NCBI GenBank assembly: GCA_002030015.1
Contig: LQBH01000001.1
Location: forward strand, 103,900-167,899
Origin: a delta proteobacterium MLS_D
Lineage (GTDB): Bacteria; Desulfobacterota; Syntrophia; Syntrophales; UBA2210
Length of the DNA: 64,000 nt
Reading direction: 5' to 3'
Shown: piece after piece, positions 1 to 9,687 of the stretch
How positions within the stretch are numbered: the first letter of the stretch is position 1
Layout of the letters: each line of letters starts with the position of its first letter
Made by a program: the position numbers and the translations under genes
Notes under the pieces: model-generated
The model's database searches: none
Told to the model about the DNA's origin: nothing
What the model saw: only the letters and a program-made list of their open reading frames with translations

Positions 1-309
1 GGCGCCCGCCTGCGACTGGCGGCCGTGGTGACCGATGCCGAACTCCTCGGCGATCCGATCATCGACGAGGATCCCTGTCCCCCGAAATGTCGTGTCTGTA
101 TGGAAGCCTGCCCGGCATGGGCGTTTACGGAAGACGGCACGTTCCAAAAAATGACCTGTATGGCTCATACCATCAAACACGCCATTTACCCGCTGGCGCT
201 TAAGGATGCCGAGGGGCTCAAACATATCGAGCGGGTCATCAACACCGCGGGGTATGACTACTGGCTTCATTGCGACGAATGCCTGAAGGTCTGCCCCAAT
301 AATGGCTAG
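1..309 (+). CDS. 4Fe-4S ferredoxin-type domain protein, C-terminal fragment (N-terminus outside window)
   Basis: Frame 1 is open from nt 1 with no stop. Two cluster motifs are present: CPPKCRVCMEACP and CDECLKVCP. Confidence 0.5.
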   Translation, partial: GARLRLAAVVTDAELLGDPIIDEDPCPPKCRVCMEACPAWAFTEDGTFQKMTCMAHTIKHAIYPLALKDAEGLKHIERVINTAGYDYWLHCDECLKVCPNNG

Positions 310-656
310 GAAAGCAATCCGAATCCGTATTGCGCGAGAGAAGTGCTTCCCCGGAATGTAGTGAAGCAGCAGAAATTACTCGGGAAGTGAAAGAGCGTCT
401 TCAGAACGGTGAAAGAAAACTTCACCACGGAGCAGCAGTTTGTTTATTAACAACATGATCGTTCTGATTGGCTGGTCTGGAATCGGACAGGGCGGCGGAG
501 AAGAGATGACAGGTGGACGAATCTGTGGTATGAACATCAACGTACCGCGGGAATGTACGGAGATTAAGCCGACAGAAAAAGAGATCCCCTGTCGAAGGAA
601 GCGACTTCGGGTACGTAAACGGCCGTCTCTCCACCTGACAGAGGGGCATCGTCATT

Positions 657-1700
657 ATGGATAAGGAAAAACTGGCGCTTTTTTTTCTCGCCCTGCTGGC
701 CCTTATAGCGGGTGGATTCGTGCTCAAGGCGGCCCAATCGGTGATTCTCCCGCTGGTAATTGCCTGGCTGCTCACTTTCGTTATAGGTCCGGTCATCAAC
801 GTGATGACGAAGCATAAAATCCCCCTGCCGATCGCCGTTCTCTGCGTCATCATTCTTCTTTTCGGAATCGGGTACATAGCGGTGGTTTTTCTTCACGGTC
901 GTGTTTTCGCCATCATGGCGGAATTTCCCAAATACGAGGAGCGATTCGGACAGCTGCTGGAGGAATTGAGCGGTTTTGCCCATCTGAAATACAATCCTCT
1001 GGCAGACTTCGACTGGGCGAAGACGATTCGGGATCTTCTGGTGCGGCTGTCGGGATCACTGTTTTCCATTCTGGTAAATCTCGTACTGATTATCATCTTC
1101 CTGGTTTTTCTGCTGCTTGGTAAACCTTACGCCCACTATAAAATAGGTCGCGCCCTGTCGGATGACCAGGCCGAGCGCATCACCCGTATCATCGCCTCCA
1201 TATCGTCGGAGATCAGCCGATATCTCTCGGTCCAGGTACTTATAAGCTTCATAACAGGGGTGCTGGTATGGCTGGCCCTTTCGGTTATCGGTGTCGATTT
1301 CGCGGTCACCTGGGGTGCGTTGGCCTTTGTCCTGAATTTCATTCCCAACATCGGTTCGATAATAGCAACGGTTCCGCCGGTTCTGCTGGCGCTTGTCCAG
1401 TATTATCCCGGTATCTGGCCGGCCGTCGTGACGCTTGTGGTCCTGGTAACCATCCAGATGGCCATCGGTAATTTTGTCGCACCGAAAGTATTCGGCGACC
1501 GCCTGAACCTGAGCCCCGTGGTCGTTCTGCTCTCCCTGCTTTTCTGGGGTTGGCTCTGGGGTATCGTTGGCGCCCTGCTTTCCATTCCCATCGCCTCGTC
1601 AATAAAAATTATCTGTGAGAATATCGAGGAACTGCGTCCCATCAGCGTCATGATGGGCTCCGGCAGGCGGTACTGGCAGGAGTCTCAGGAAAACGGCTGA
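657..1700 (+). CDS. AI-2E family transporter (PerM/UPF0118-type permease)
   Basis: 347-aa polytopic membrane protein. It carries the family-typical block FVLNFIPNIGSIIATVPPVLLALVQ and the C-terminal GALLSIPIAS segment. Confidence 0.8.
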   Translation: MDKEKLALFFLALLALIAGGFVLKAAQSVILPLVIAWLLTFVIGPVINVMTKHKIPLPIAVLCVIILLFGIGYIAVVFLHGRVFAIMAEFPKYEERFGQLLEELSGFAHLKYNPLADFDWAKTIRDLLVRLSGSLFSILVNLVLIIIFLVFLLLGKPYAHYKIGRALSDDQAERITRIIASISSEISRYLSVQVLISFITGVLVWLALSVIGVDFAVTWGALAFVLNFIPNIGSIIATVPPVLLALVQYYPGIWPAVVTLVVLVTIQMAIGNFVAPKVFGDRLNLSPVVVLLSLLFWGWLWGIVGALLSIPIASSIKIICENIEELRPISVMMGSGRRYWQESQENG

Positions 1701-1739
1701 TGGGGTGAATGACACGTCTCATCTCATGGGAAAAAGAAT

Positions 1740-1767
1740 AATAATGGCGGCGCCGGCCGCCATTATT
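1740..1767. terminator. Perfect 12-bp stem / 4-nt loop hairpin between convergent genes (candidate bidirectional terminator)
   Basis: AATAATGGCGGC-GCCG-GCCGCCATTATT lies between the AI-2E stop (1700) and the UbiA-family stop (1784). Confidence 0.55.
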
Positions 1768-1783
1768 CCGATAGGATCTCCTT

Positions 1784-2683
1784 TTAAAGAATACGTTCTA
1801 CCAGGAGCGACAGAAGCAGGAGCGCTCCGAAGGCCGTGACGACACCGGCGGTTCGGGCATCGGCGTCAATGGGGACAGCCTGAAGAATTTCCCGCGCCAG
1901 ATTGACGGTATAAGGAAGTGAAAGCAGGACTATCAGCGACCAGGGGGTAAGTGGTCCGAAAAACGACATGAGGGCAACCGCCGTGTAGGCGGCCGCTATC
2001 AGAAACAGGTACAAGCCGACGGCGGCATTGTGGCCCGCGAGCACGGGAATGGTGTGAATCCCGCGCGCGTGATCGCTCTGCCTGTCGCGAATATTATTTG
2101 CCAGGAGGACAAGGGCGACCAGTATCCCCAGCGGGATGGAAACCAGGAAGGTTTCACTGCTCAGCGATTGTCCCTGGACAAAAGAGGCGCCTCCCACGAC
2201 GAGAGGACCCCACACGATGAAGACCGCCGGTTCTCCAAGGGCGCTGTATTTGTACCTGAAGGGCGGCGCCGTATAAAAAACGCTGGCGAAAAGCCCGGCA
2301 AGGCCGATAACGAGAACGGTAAGGCCGCGCGTAACGGTGAGATACAGACCGATAACAAGGGCGACAAGAATGAACACCACAGCCGCCCTTCGAACGGCCT
2401 GAAGAGACAGCGAACCTTCGGCCAGTGGATGAGGGCGGTAGCGGGCGGTTGCCACGCCGGCGTCGTCGACTTTGCTTGCCACGTCATAATAATCGTTAAG
2501 AAAATTTGCCGCTCCGTGAAGAAGAACGACACCCAGCAGTGTAAGAACATACAAAAACCATGAAAAAGACTGGCAGGTGCTCCCCACCATGCTGCCCGTG
2601 GTGACGCAGAAGAAGGTCATGACGAACGACCAGGGCCTGACGGCGAGAAACCAGTTGCGGTAGTAATGAAGGGAATTTTTCAT
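1784..2683 (-). CDS. UbiA-superfamily aromatic prenyltransferase (MenA-like)
   Basis: Start taken at the ATG at 2683, preceded by GGAGGAA; the track ORF extends further upstream without support. About 8 TM helices and the Asp-rich motif NFLNDYYDVASKVDD. Confidence 0.75.
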   Translation of the reverse strand: MKNSLHYYRNWFLAVRPWSFVMTFFCVTTGSMVGSTCQSFSWFLYVLTLLGVVLLHGAANFLNDYYDVASKVDDAGVATARYRPHPLAEGSLSLQAVRRAAVVFILVALVIGLYLTVTRGLTVLVIGLAGLFASVFYTAPPFRYKYSALGEPAVFIVWGPLVVGGASFVQGQSLSSETFLVSIPLGILVALVLLANNIRDRQSDHARGIHTIPVLAGHNAAVGLYLFLIAAAYTAVALMSFFGPLTPWSLIVLLSLPYTVNLAREILQAVPIDADARTAGVVTAFGALLLLSLLVERIL

Positions 2684-2714
2684 GCGTCGATTCCTCCTTG
2701 TTTGACTGATAAAA

Positions 2715-3644
2715 TTATAATGTTTTCGGTGTCCCGAGGCATTCTTCGACCTGATCAAGAATGAAGCGCCCCGCTTTTTCACTGTGGGTCTCGCGATTGC
2801 TCTCCATAATTTCCATACGCGCGTCGGGAATGAGCCTCGCCATTCGTTCGATGTCTCTGACGCCGTGCAGAAGGTCGGTCCGCGCCGCCACAATGACCAC
2901 AGGGACGGCAATTCCGCTCAGTTTCGGCCATAAACTGTATCCTTTCATTGCCAGGGCGCTTGCTTTCAGTCTTCCGGGATCGGCCCAGTCCAGCGAACGC
3001 TGGTATTTCAGTGCCTGTTCCCTCTCGTGAAGACTGTCGATGCGGTAGGTACACAGGTAGTGCTTGAGCGGCGCCTTTATCAGGCCGTATGCTGCCGGCG
3101 GGATGAGGCGTACCAGGGGATAGAACCAGCGGGGAATGCCGAATTCGGCGTTCGGAGCAATAACGACGGCCAGTTCCGGCTTCCGCCGGCATCGGCTCAG
3201 ACAATCGAGAATGACCGTCGACCCGAGAGAACTGCCCGCGAGAAACAATACAGACGATGGAGGAACGAGTTCTTTCAGTATTTCCCGAAGGTCAAGTACC
3301 ATGCGGGGGATCGAAAAATCCGGCGATTTTGTCCAATCGACTCGGGCGCTCCTTTTTTCACGCGTTTCCACATAGAGGACCCTCATGCCCGGTGTCAGCA
3401 CCGACAGGACCGGACGCCAGGCGGAGATCATGGAAATCCAGCCGGCAACGAAGACGAGAACCGGTGTTACCCCATCGTTTTCGGGAGGAATAAAATCGAT
3501 GATCCTGAGATGAACGCCGTCCGAAGTTTTAAAGAATATCTCGTCGAAGGTCACCCCCGGGCCCGCGCAGGCGGTTGCGTCATCGTCCGAAGCGGGCGTG
3601 CCGGGCAGCGCTTTTTTCACACTCTGTTCTTTGAATGCAGTCAT
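2715..3644 (-). CDS. alpha/beta-fold hydrolase
   Basis: 309 aa with the nucleophile elbow GSSLG and a C-terminal His region (ETHSE). It sits directly upstream of the UbiA-family gene on the same strand. Confidence 0.7.
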   Translation of the reverse strand: MTAFKEQSVKKALPGTPASDDDATACAGPGVTFDEIFFKTSDGVHLRIIDFIPPENDGVTPVLVFVAGWISMISAWRPVLSVLTPGMRVLYVETREKRSARVDWTKSPDFSIPRMVLDLREILKELVPPSSVLFLAGSSLGSTVILDCLSRCRRKPELAVVIAPNAEFGIPRWFYPLVRLIPPAAYGLIKAPLKHYLCTYRIDSLHEREQALKYQRSLDWADPGRLKASALAMKGYSLWPKLSGIAVPVVIVAARTDLLHGVRDIERMARLIPDARMEIMESNRETHSEKAGRFILDQVEECLGTPKTL

Positions 3645-4060
3645 TGCTGTTCGTGCCGCAAGGTTGAGAAAAACCGGGCACGGAATGCCGGTTCTTCAAG
3701 AGACTGTTTTTTGTGCCGGACTACATCAGTGTAATCAACACGCCGAAAAACAGCCCTTCATTCATTTCTTTGATGCGGTTCGGGTTCTCCTGCTGGAGAC
3801 GGACGTGTTCTACAGGAAGCTGGAACCCGGTTCCGATGAGTCCCGTCTTGCATGACGCAGTGTTATTCTTCGGAATACCGCCCTGGAATCAGCGTCGGCA
3901 AACGGTCGCCATGATGTAGCCGGTAACAGGAGGCGCGGTCACGCGCAACCCGTCATCGAGGAAGCCGTACTCCGCCGCCCGGTAAGCGGTTGTCGCGGCC
4001 CTGTACCGGACGGCTCGGGCAAAACAGGGCTATAAACGCTCCGCCGTTTCGCCGGTTCGC

Positions 4061-4255
4061 TCATTCTTCCTGGTATGTTTTTCCCTCTTTAAAGAAATTG
4101 AAAAGGAATTCCTGCTCCATGGGTGACAGATTGAATTCCTGACCCGCTTCCTGGACGAGCCTGGAAATTTTACTTCCGTCCTTGTCTTCGAGGCGTGATG
4201 ATATGCGCTTGATCGCCTGACGAATTTTGTCCCCCTTCTGCTGTATAACCGTCAT
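4061..4255 (-). CDS. small hypothetical protein (64 aa, helical, charged)
   Basis: ATG start preceded by a GAAAGGAGA Shine-Dalgarno and coding-like codon usage. I recognise no family. Confidence 0.45.
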   Translation of the reverse strand: MTVIQQKGDKIRQAIKRISSRLEDKDGSKISRLVQEAGQEFNLSPMEQEFLFNFFKEGKTYQEE

Positions 4256-4316
4256 CCAGTGTCTCCTTTCTAGCCGTCGTCTTCAATGGTTTTTCATTTT
4301 ATATTATTAAACAATA

Positions 4317-5201
4317 TTATCCAACGCCTTTTTCGTAACAAGTCTTTTTCGTATTCGTCGGGTGCGGGTCGGCCTTCGAATGCAGACCGTCTTTCTTTAC
4401 CCGGTGTAAAGGATATCCTATTAGATAGGTTATTTTCCGAGGAAGCCGGAACGACTTTATGCTTCCCGCCCTCCAGGTATACACTGTGCCGTCACAGTTT
4501 CCGGCAAACCGCCGCAGTTCTTCGGGAGTATAGGTTCTCAGTGATGACAGGACGCCGTCCAGCGTAATAACCAGGGGAAGAATCGGAACGACGTAGGTGA
4601 AGAAGATACGGGAAAACCGTACCGGCCGAAGAAACGGGGTCAGAACCCAGACCAGCGGCGGGAGCGTGAAAATCATCTGAATAATGGAGAAAAGACTGCG
4701 TTCCGTTGCCTCGAAAACGGCGATGCCCCTGCCCGTGCTGACGGCGTTGCCCAGAATATCGTGAGCCTCTCGTGGTGAGAAATGATGGAAGGCGTTAAAA
4801 AACGTCAGAACCCCGTCGAGATCGGCGGGAACATTCCGGGCGTCAATGGGCTGCGATGAACAAGCGATAGTATCGCCGTTCGAAGAAAATATTCGGCAGT
4901 TTCTGAGTAATCCCGCCTCCGGGTTTTTGTCGGTAAGAAGTACCGAAGGACACAATCCGTTCTGTCGTTTCATCTCCCGGGCGAGACGGGGCCAGGGACC
5001 GCCCCCGCCCGAGCAAAGGTCAATGACGGCACTGGTTCCTGATCGGTCCAGGGCGTGTCGCAAAAGGGGTGCGACAGTACTGAAAATATTGCTGATGTTT
5101 TCGAAATAGCCCAGGAATTCAACAGATTCGCCGAAAAGAGACGACGGGAACCAGTGTCGTTCGGATAATTCAATGCCGTGATAGCGGTTCACCGGCGGCA
5201 A
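4317..5201 (-). CDS. class I SAM-dependent methyltransferase with C-terminal membrane segment
   Basis: SAM-binding motif I is VIDLCSGGGGPW. A hydrophobic stretch (SLFSIIQMIFTLPPLVWVLTPF..FFTYVVPILPLVITL) follows the Rossmann part. Confidence 0.65.
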   Translation of the reverse strand: MPPVNRYHGIELSERHWFPSSLFGESVEFLGYFENISNIFSTVAPLLRHALDRSGTSAVIDLCSGGGGPWPRLAREMKRQNGLCPSVLLTDKNPEAGLLRNCRIFSSNGDTIACSSQPIDARNVPADLDGVLTFFNAFHHFSPREAHDILGNAVSTGRGIAVFEATERSLFSIIQMIFTLPPLVWVLTPFLRPVRFSRIFFTYVVPILPLVITLDGVLSSLRTYTPEELRRFAGNCDGTVYTWRAGSIKSFRLPRKITYLIGYPLHRVKKDGLHSKADPHPTNTKKTCYEKGVG

Positions 5202-5264
5202 CCGTCCTTGTCGCTGATTGTTCAGGCCGGGAAGAAAACCTGATGTTCGGTGGCGAAGGGGACG

Positions 5265-6743
5265 TCACAGCGTCAGAATCGCCATGGTATCGGTTCCTCC
5301 CGGTCCGGTTCCTCCGCCCGGTCCGGAGAACTGTCCTTCAGTAAGAATAACCCGGTCGCCTGACGAGATAATACCCAGAAGTTTTAATTTTTCCACAACA
5401 CTTTCATGCCACGGTTTTGTTTTTTTGTCCATGATAAGCGGATACACGCCGGACGACATGAAACAGAAATTCATCACCGCTTCGTTATCGCACGCGGCTA
5501 TAATCCAGCTTGACGGTTTCAGGCGTGATATGCGCCGTGGCGTCATGCCCGTCACGGTCGACGTAAGCACGAAGGAAATGTCGAGTGCGAGGACCGATTC
5601 GGCCACGTTCAGTGATATCATGTCGGCGACGGAAATCCGTTTGCGAATAAGGTTGTTCTTGAGTTCTTCCCGGAGAGCGGATATCCACAGCAGTTCGCTG
5701 TGTCGGCGTTCAAAGGAGGCGGCAACGGCGGCCATGGTTGTGACCGCCGTAACAGGATGTCGTCCCACGGCGGTTTCCTCTGAGAGCATGATCGCATCGG
5801 TGCCGTCCTGAATAGCGTTCGCCACGTCCGTAACTTCGGCGCGGGTCGGACGCGTATGCTCAACCATCGACATCAGCATCTGGGTAGCCGTGATGACCGG
5901 TCGACACCGCTCATTGGCCTTGTGAATCAGCTCTTTCTGAACCGAGGGCATGTCTTCTATGGGGATTTCGATACCCAGGTCCCCACGGGCGATCATAATC
6001 GCATCGGCCTCGTCGAGTATGGAATCGATGTTGTCGATGGCGGCGGCCCGCTCGATTTTTGCCACAGTATGGATTGCCTTTCCCCGCTTCGCCGCGAAAT
6101 CTCTGATTTTGACAAGGGCGCCGGCGTCTTCCACGAAGGATACGCCGAAAATATCGATCCCCTCGGCCAGGGCGAATTCCATTATTTCCAGGTCCTGATC
6201 GGTTGGATTATCGAGAAAGACCTTTCGGCCCGGCAGATTGAGCCCCTTTCCGGAAAGCAGGCTGCCGCCGGAGGCGACCATGCAGCGGACCGAATCCTTT
6301 TGTACGTCAAGCACGGTGAGTTCCACGAACCCGTCGTTCAGGTAAATGGTGTCACCTTCCGAAAGGCTTTCGGGAAGCCGCTTGTAGTGGACGGAAATGC
6401 GGGAGGCCGTTCCCGGTATATCATCTGTCGTCAGAATGATTTCATTGCCTTTTTCCAGCGTAAGCGGATCATTCGCAAGCTGTCCGATTCTGATTTTCGG
6501 TCCGGGAAGGTCGGCAAGGATGGTTGCAGGTCTCGCTGCCGCTGCCGCTGCCGATCGGAAAGCTGCGATGTTGTGTCGATGGTCTTCAAAAGTACCGTGA
6601 GAAAAGTTCAACCGGGCCGCCGTCATGCCGTGTCGTATCATCGTTTCCAGCGTAGATGCGTCTTCGCAGGAAGGACCGACGGTGCCGATAATCTTGGTCC
6701 GGCAGGGAGGAAGAAATATTTCCATGGAACCCCGTGGCGGCAT
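5265..6743 (-). CDS. pyk: pyruvate kinase
   Basis: Motifs RTKIIGTVGPS, MIARGDLGIEIP and TQMLMSM, plus a C-terminal regulatory domain. An alternative start at 6725 is possible. Confidence 0.9.
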   Translation of the reverse strand: MPPRGSMEIFLPPCRTKIIGTVGPSCEDASTLETMIRHGMTAARLNFSHGTFEDHRHNIAAFRSAAAAAARPATILADLPGPKIRIGQLANDPLTLEKGNEIILTTDDIPGTASRISVHYKRLPESLSEGDTIYLNDGFVELTVLDVQKDSVRCMVASGGSLLSGKGLNLPGRKVFLDNPTDQDLEIMEFALAEGIDIFGVSFVEDAGALVKIRDFAAKRGKAIHTVAKIERAAAIDNIDSILDEADAIMIARGDLGIEIPIEDMPSVQKELIHKANERCRPVITATQMLMSMVEHTRPTRAEVTDVANAIQDGTDAIMLSEETAVGRHPVTAVTTMAAVAASFERRHSELLWISALREELKNNLIRKRISVADMISLNVAESVLALDISFVLTSTVTGMTPRRISRLKPSSWIIAACDNEAVMNFCFMSSGVYPLIMDKKTKPWHESVVEKLKLLGIISSGDRVILTEGQFSGPGGGTGPGGTDTMAILTL

Positions 6744-6888
6744 ATGCTATGTTTTTCCTTTACTCGGGGGAATCTTCACATCATTTATACTACAGAATCA
6801 CCTGCATGTCATCGCAATTGAACATCCATCCGGGATACCGGATTATTAATTACAAGGAGTCCATAAACATTATAGGGGGAGGAGTACT

Positions 6889-8349
6889 ATGGGCATTCGA
6901 ACAGTCGAAGAATACAGGGAGAGTCTTCGGGACGGACGGCGCGTCTACATCAGCGGCGAAAAAGTTGATGACATAACCGCCCACCCGATACTGGGAATCA
7001 GCTGTAATACTATCGGCGCGGGTTACGAACTGGCAGCTTCAAGTGATCCCGAAATACGGGACCTGTTCGTGGCGAAACACCCTGAAACGGGCGAACCAAT
7101 CAACCGACTTTTTGTCACGCCGAAAACGGTGGAGGACTTGCAGAACAGGACCAAAATCATACAGCGGGCCATCGAGCTTACCGGCGGCCTCCCTTTCGGA
7201 AAGGATATTGGAACGGATTGTCTCAACGCGGCCTTCGTGGTTGCCGGCCAGATGGGGAAAAAGGAGTACCAGGAAAACGCAACGAATTTTCTGGAACATC
7301 TGAGGAAAAACGACCTGCACACCTGTGGCGCCGTGAGCTGCGTGAAAGGTGACCGGTCGAAAGAGCCGGCAAAGCAGAAGCATCCCGATTATTACCTGCG
7401 CGTGGTAGATAAAAACAAGGACGGAATCATCGTCAAGGGTGCCAAGATTCATATTACCAGCGCTCCGGCGGCGAACGAAATCATCGTGGTCCCCACGCGC
7501 CAGATGCGGGAAAACGAGGCGGAATACGCGGTAAGTTTCGCGATTCCCGCCAACACCGAGGGCGTGACATTTATCTGCAGAGGAGGGCGGGGCGCCTGGT
7601 CGGATCGCGAATTTCACGCCGATCACCCCGTTCGGGAACTGACGGAAGCCATGATTGTTTTCGACAACGTTTTTGTCCCCTGGAATCGCGTTTTCATGTG
7701 CGGCGAGTGGCAGTACTCCATGCTTCTCGCCTATACCTTTGCCACCTTCCACCGGTTCACGGCCATCAGTTACAAGGTGCCCTCCGTTGAAGTACTGGCG
7801 GGATGTGCCGTGGCCATGGCTAAATACAACGGTCTCGAGAAAGTTGGCCACATCCGTGAAAAACTTGCCGCCATCGCGGCCTACGTTGAGACGCTGCGCG
7901 CCCTTACCAATGCCGCGGCCCGCGAACCGGTCATGTACGGCGAAATCGCCGTTCCCAACCCTCTCATCGCCAACATGGCCAAGCTGCACTTCGCCTCGAA
8001 ATATCACGAGATCCTGGAGCTTGTACAGGACATCAGCGGCGGCATTATCGCCACGGCGCCGGACAAGCGTGACTGGGACAATCCCGATATTCACGGATAT
8101 CTTGAGCACTACCTGGGAGGATCGGACCGTTACACCACTCTGGAGCGTATGCACATGATTCATGAAACCATGCGTCAGGCCTGTTCCCATGAATCCGCTT
8201 TTCACGAGGTGACGACTGTTCACGCCGAAGGTTCCATGGCGGCGCAGAACATGATGATTCTCGCCGAATCGCCGCTCGACCGATACGAAAAACTTGCCAA
8301 GAGGGCGGCGGGGATTATTCCCGTAGAAGAGGCGCTTGGAACAAAGTAA
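6889..8349 (+). CDS. 4-hydroxybutyryl-CoA dehydratase / 4-hydroxyphenylacetate 3-hydroxylase (AbfD/HpaB) family protein
   Basis: 486 aa, GGGGAGGAG SD before the ATG. Colinear similarity to AbfD as I recall it (SLRDGRRVYISGEKVDDITAHP, GDRSKEPAKQKHPDYYLRVV..DGIIVKGAK, AVSFAIP, VFDNVFVPW). Confidence 0.8.
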   Translation: MGIRTVEEYRESLRDGRRVYISGEKVDDITAHPILGISCNTIGAGYELAASSDPEIRDLFVAKHPETGEPINRLFVTPKTVEDLQNRTKIIQRAIELTGGLPFGKDIGTDCLNAAFVVAGQMGKKEYQENATNFLEHLRKNDLHTCGAVSCVKGDRSKEPAKQKHPDYYLRVVDKNKDGIIVKGAKIHITSAPAANEIIVVPTRQMRENEAEYAVSFAIPANTEGVTFICRGGRGAWSDREFHADHPVRELTEAMIVFDNVFVPWNRVFMCGEWQYSMLLAYTFATFHRFTAISYKVPSVEVLAGCAVAMAKYNGLEKVGHIREKLAAIAAYVETLRALTNAAAREPVMYGEIAVPNPLIANMAKLHFASKYHEILELVQDISGGIIATAPDKRDWDNPDIHGYLEHYLGGSDRYTTLERMHMIHETMRQACSHESAFHEVTTVHAEGSMAAQNMMILAESPLDRYEKLAKRAAGIIPVEEALGTK

Positions 8350-8365
8350 TTTTTTGTCATGTTTA

Positions 8366-8396
8366 CACCCGGGCCGGCCTTCGGCAGGCCCGGGTG
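8366..8396 (+). terminator. GC-rich hairpin after the AbfD-family gene
   Basis: CACCCGGGCC-11 nt-GGCCCGGGTG begins 17 nt after the stop codon. No clear U-tract follows. Confidence 0.45.
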
Positions 8397-8744
8397 CCGT
8401 GCTGGTGATGGAGGTGAGAATATTTCTCGTGAAAATATTTCCTTGACATACACTTAGCATCCTATTAGGTAAACGTAACCTGACAGCGTACAGAATGTGA
8501 ATATACTTCTTCTTCTGTAACCGCAATTTTCACCACCCCACACTCAATCATCCTGCGAATCCGCCAAATGCATCTAAGCCAAGCTGTAGATGTATCTCTT
8601 CCAGTTCCAATGTCGACAGCGAGGAGGTGATGCCGGATTCAGGAGTACATTACCGCGATGTTCTGCGAAAAAACGCAGGCTGAAGGGAACAATCCTCTCT
8701 TCTGAAATACATCAGCCAATCATTACAAGGAGGGAGTAAATACA

Positions 8745-9575
8745 ATGTCTGTTTTTTCAAAAAGAATCCTTACCCTTTTGGTCGCGGCGGCGGCGTTGTT
8801 TCTTTTCGCCGCCTGCGAACCGTCAGGAATTGAAACCTATGATATCAGCAGTCTGAATACCGGGTACGACGTCAGTTCGGCCCGCGTTTTTTATCCCGCC
8901 AACATTGCCGATCTGACCAACGTGCCCACCACTACGCTCTCCAGCGGCATGGGGGGAACCAAGGAAGGCATGTACTGGCTTGCCGAGCCGCTGGCCGAAT
9001 CAGGCATAATCGTCCTCGCCATCAGTGCCAGGGACAATATGTGGGTCGAAGGATACAAGGACGCGCATATCCGCGGCGTTGACATCATAGCTGAAGAAAA
9101 TGACCGTTCCGGAAGCCCCATTCGAGGCAAAGTCGGCAATGTCGGCATCATCGGGTATTCAAAAGGCGGCGGCGGTGTGATCAATGCGGCATCAGAGCTG
9201 GGCGGCGAGGTTACTCACTGTGTCGCACTCGCACCGTATGAGCCGAGCCCCAGGAGCACCCACGAGGCTGCAACCCTGATCTTTACCGGAACTATTGACG
9301 TGATAGCTCCTGCTTATCACGGCGAAGGCGCCTATAGTGGCCTTCCGGACGGTGTTCCCAAACTGTACGCTTCCATGATTGGGGAAGACCATATGTACTG
9401 GCATAACAGGTCAGTTCTGGGCAGCGAAACCGACTTCATAGAGGCCTGGATATCGTATTACTCAGGTGGCGATGAATCAGCCTACGGCGTGTTTGCCAAC
9501 GGTGCCGGCAGCGGCATGACCGATTACCGATTCGATCCCGCTGATGGGTCATCGGGCGGTGGCGGATGCAACTGA
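8745..9575 (+). CDS. secreted lipoprotein, cutinase/PETase-like (dienelactone-hydrolase-type) serine esterase
   Basis: Strong SD (AAGGAGGGAG) and a signal peptide with lipobox LFAAC. Nucleophile block IIGYSKGGGG, an Asp block (TLIFTGTIDVIAP) and a His block (GEDHMYW) are colinear with the polyesterase catalytic triad. Confidence 0.7.
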   Translation: MSVFSKRILTLLVAAAALFLFAACEPSGIETYDISSLNTGYDVSSARVFYPANIADLTNVPTTTLSSGMGGTKEGMYWLAEPLAESGIIVLAISARDNMWVEGYKDAHIRGVDIIAEENDRSGSPIRGKVGNVGIIGYSKGGGGVINAASELGGEVTHCVALAPYEPSPRSTHEAATLIFTGTIDVIAPAYHGEGAYSGLPDGVPKLYASMIGEDHMYWHNRSVLGSETDFIEAWISYYSGGDESAYGVFANGAGSGMTDYRFDPADGSSGGGGCN

Positions 9576-9645
9576 CAAGGCCGCCACGTGTCCGCGCGGT
9601 ACGGGTAATTTTACGCGGACAGCCTGATCAGTAAGAAGCTATAAG

Positions 9646-9687
9646 GCCGGGTCCATCCCGTTGAGGGGCGGACCCGGCTCTTTCTTT
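9646..9687. terminator. Rho-independent-type terminator between convergent genes
   Basis: GCCGGGTCC-15 nt-GGACCCGGC is followed by TCTTTCTTT. Confidence 0.6.

Noticed and set aside
310-656. Possible riboswitch or small gene in the 347-nt spacer before the AI-2E transporter gene. Small hairpins occur, e.g. GGTGAA-7 nt-TTCACC at about 409-427. The track ORF 440-664 also lies here.
   Set aside because: I found no match to TPP, cobalamin, c-di-GMP, SAM or fluoride motifs that I can recall. The 74-aa ORF starts at TTG without an SD and has an implausible composition. There is insufficient evidence for any call.
7039-8526. A 495-aa ORF antisense to the AbfD-family gene. Similar long antisense ORFs occur at 5856-6821 (vs pyk), 17438-18505 (vs moaA), 20672-21361 (vs mgtE), 26438-27463 (vs the NtrC-type regulator), 35429-36286 (vs gdhA), 36380-37204 (vs yajD), 41476-42489 (vs acyl-CoA dehydrogenase), 47052-47855 (vs GNAT/mltA) and 49956-50954 (vs the carboxyltransferase).
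   Set aside because: Each lies opposite a gene with clear family motifs. Their translations are Arg/Gly/Pro-rich and low in complexity with no recognisable motifs. Long stop-free antisense frames are expected in GC-rich DNA.
8610-8680. A 17-codon mini-ORF (MPDSGVHYRDVLRKNAG) after AGGAGG, and the small hairpin CTGCG-A6-CGCAG, upstream of the esterase gene.
   Set aside because: The AGGAGG is only 2 nt from the ATG, which is too close for initiation. The hairpin is short and has no U-tract. Both are treated as chance features.
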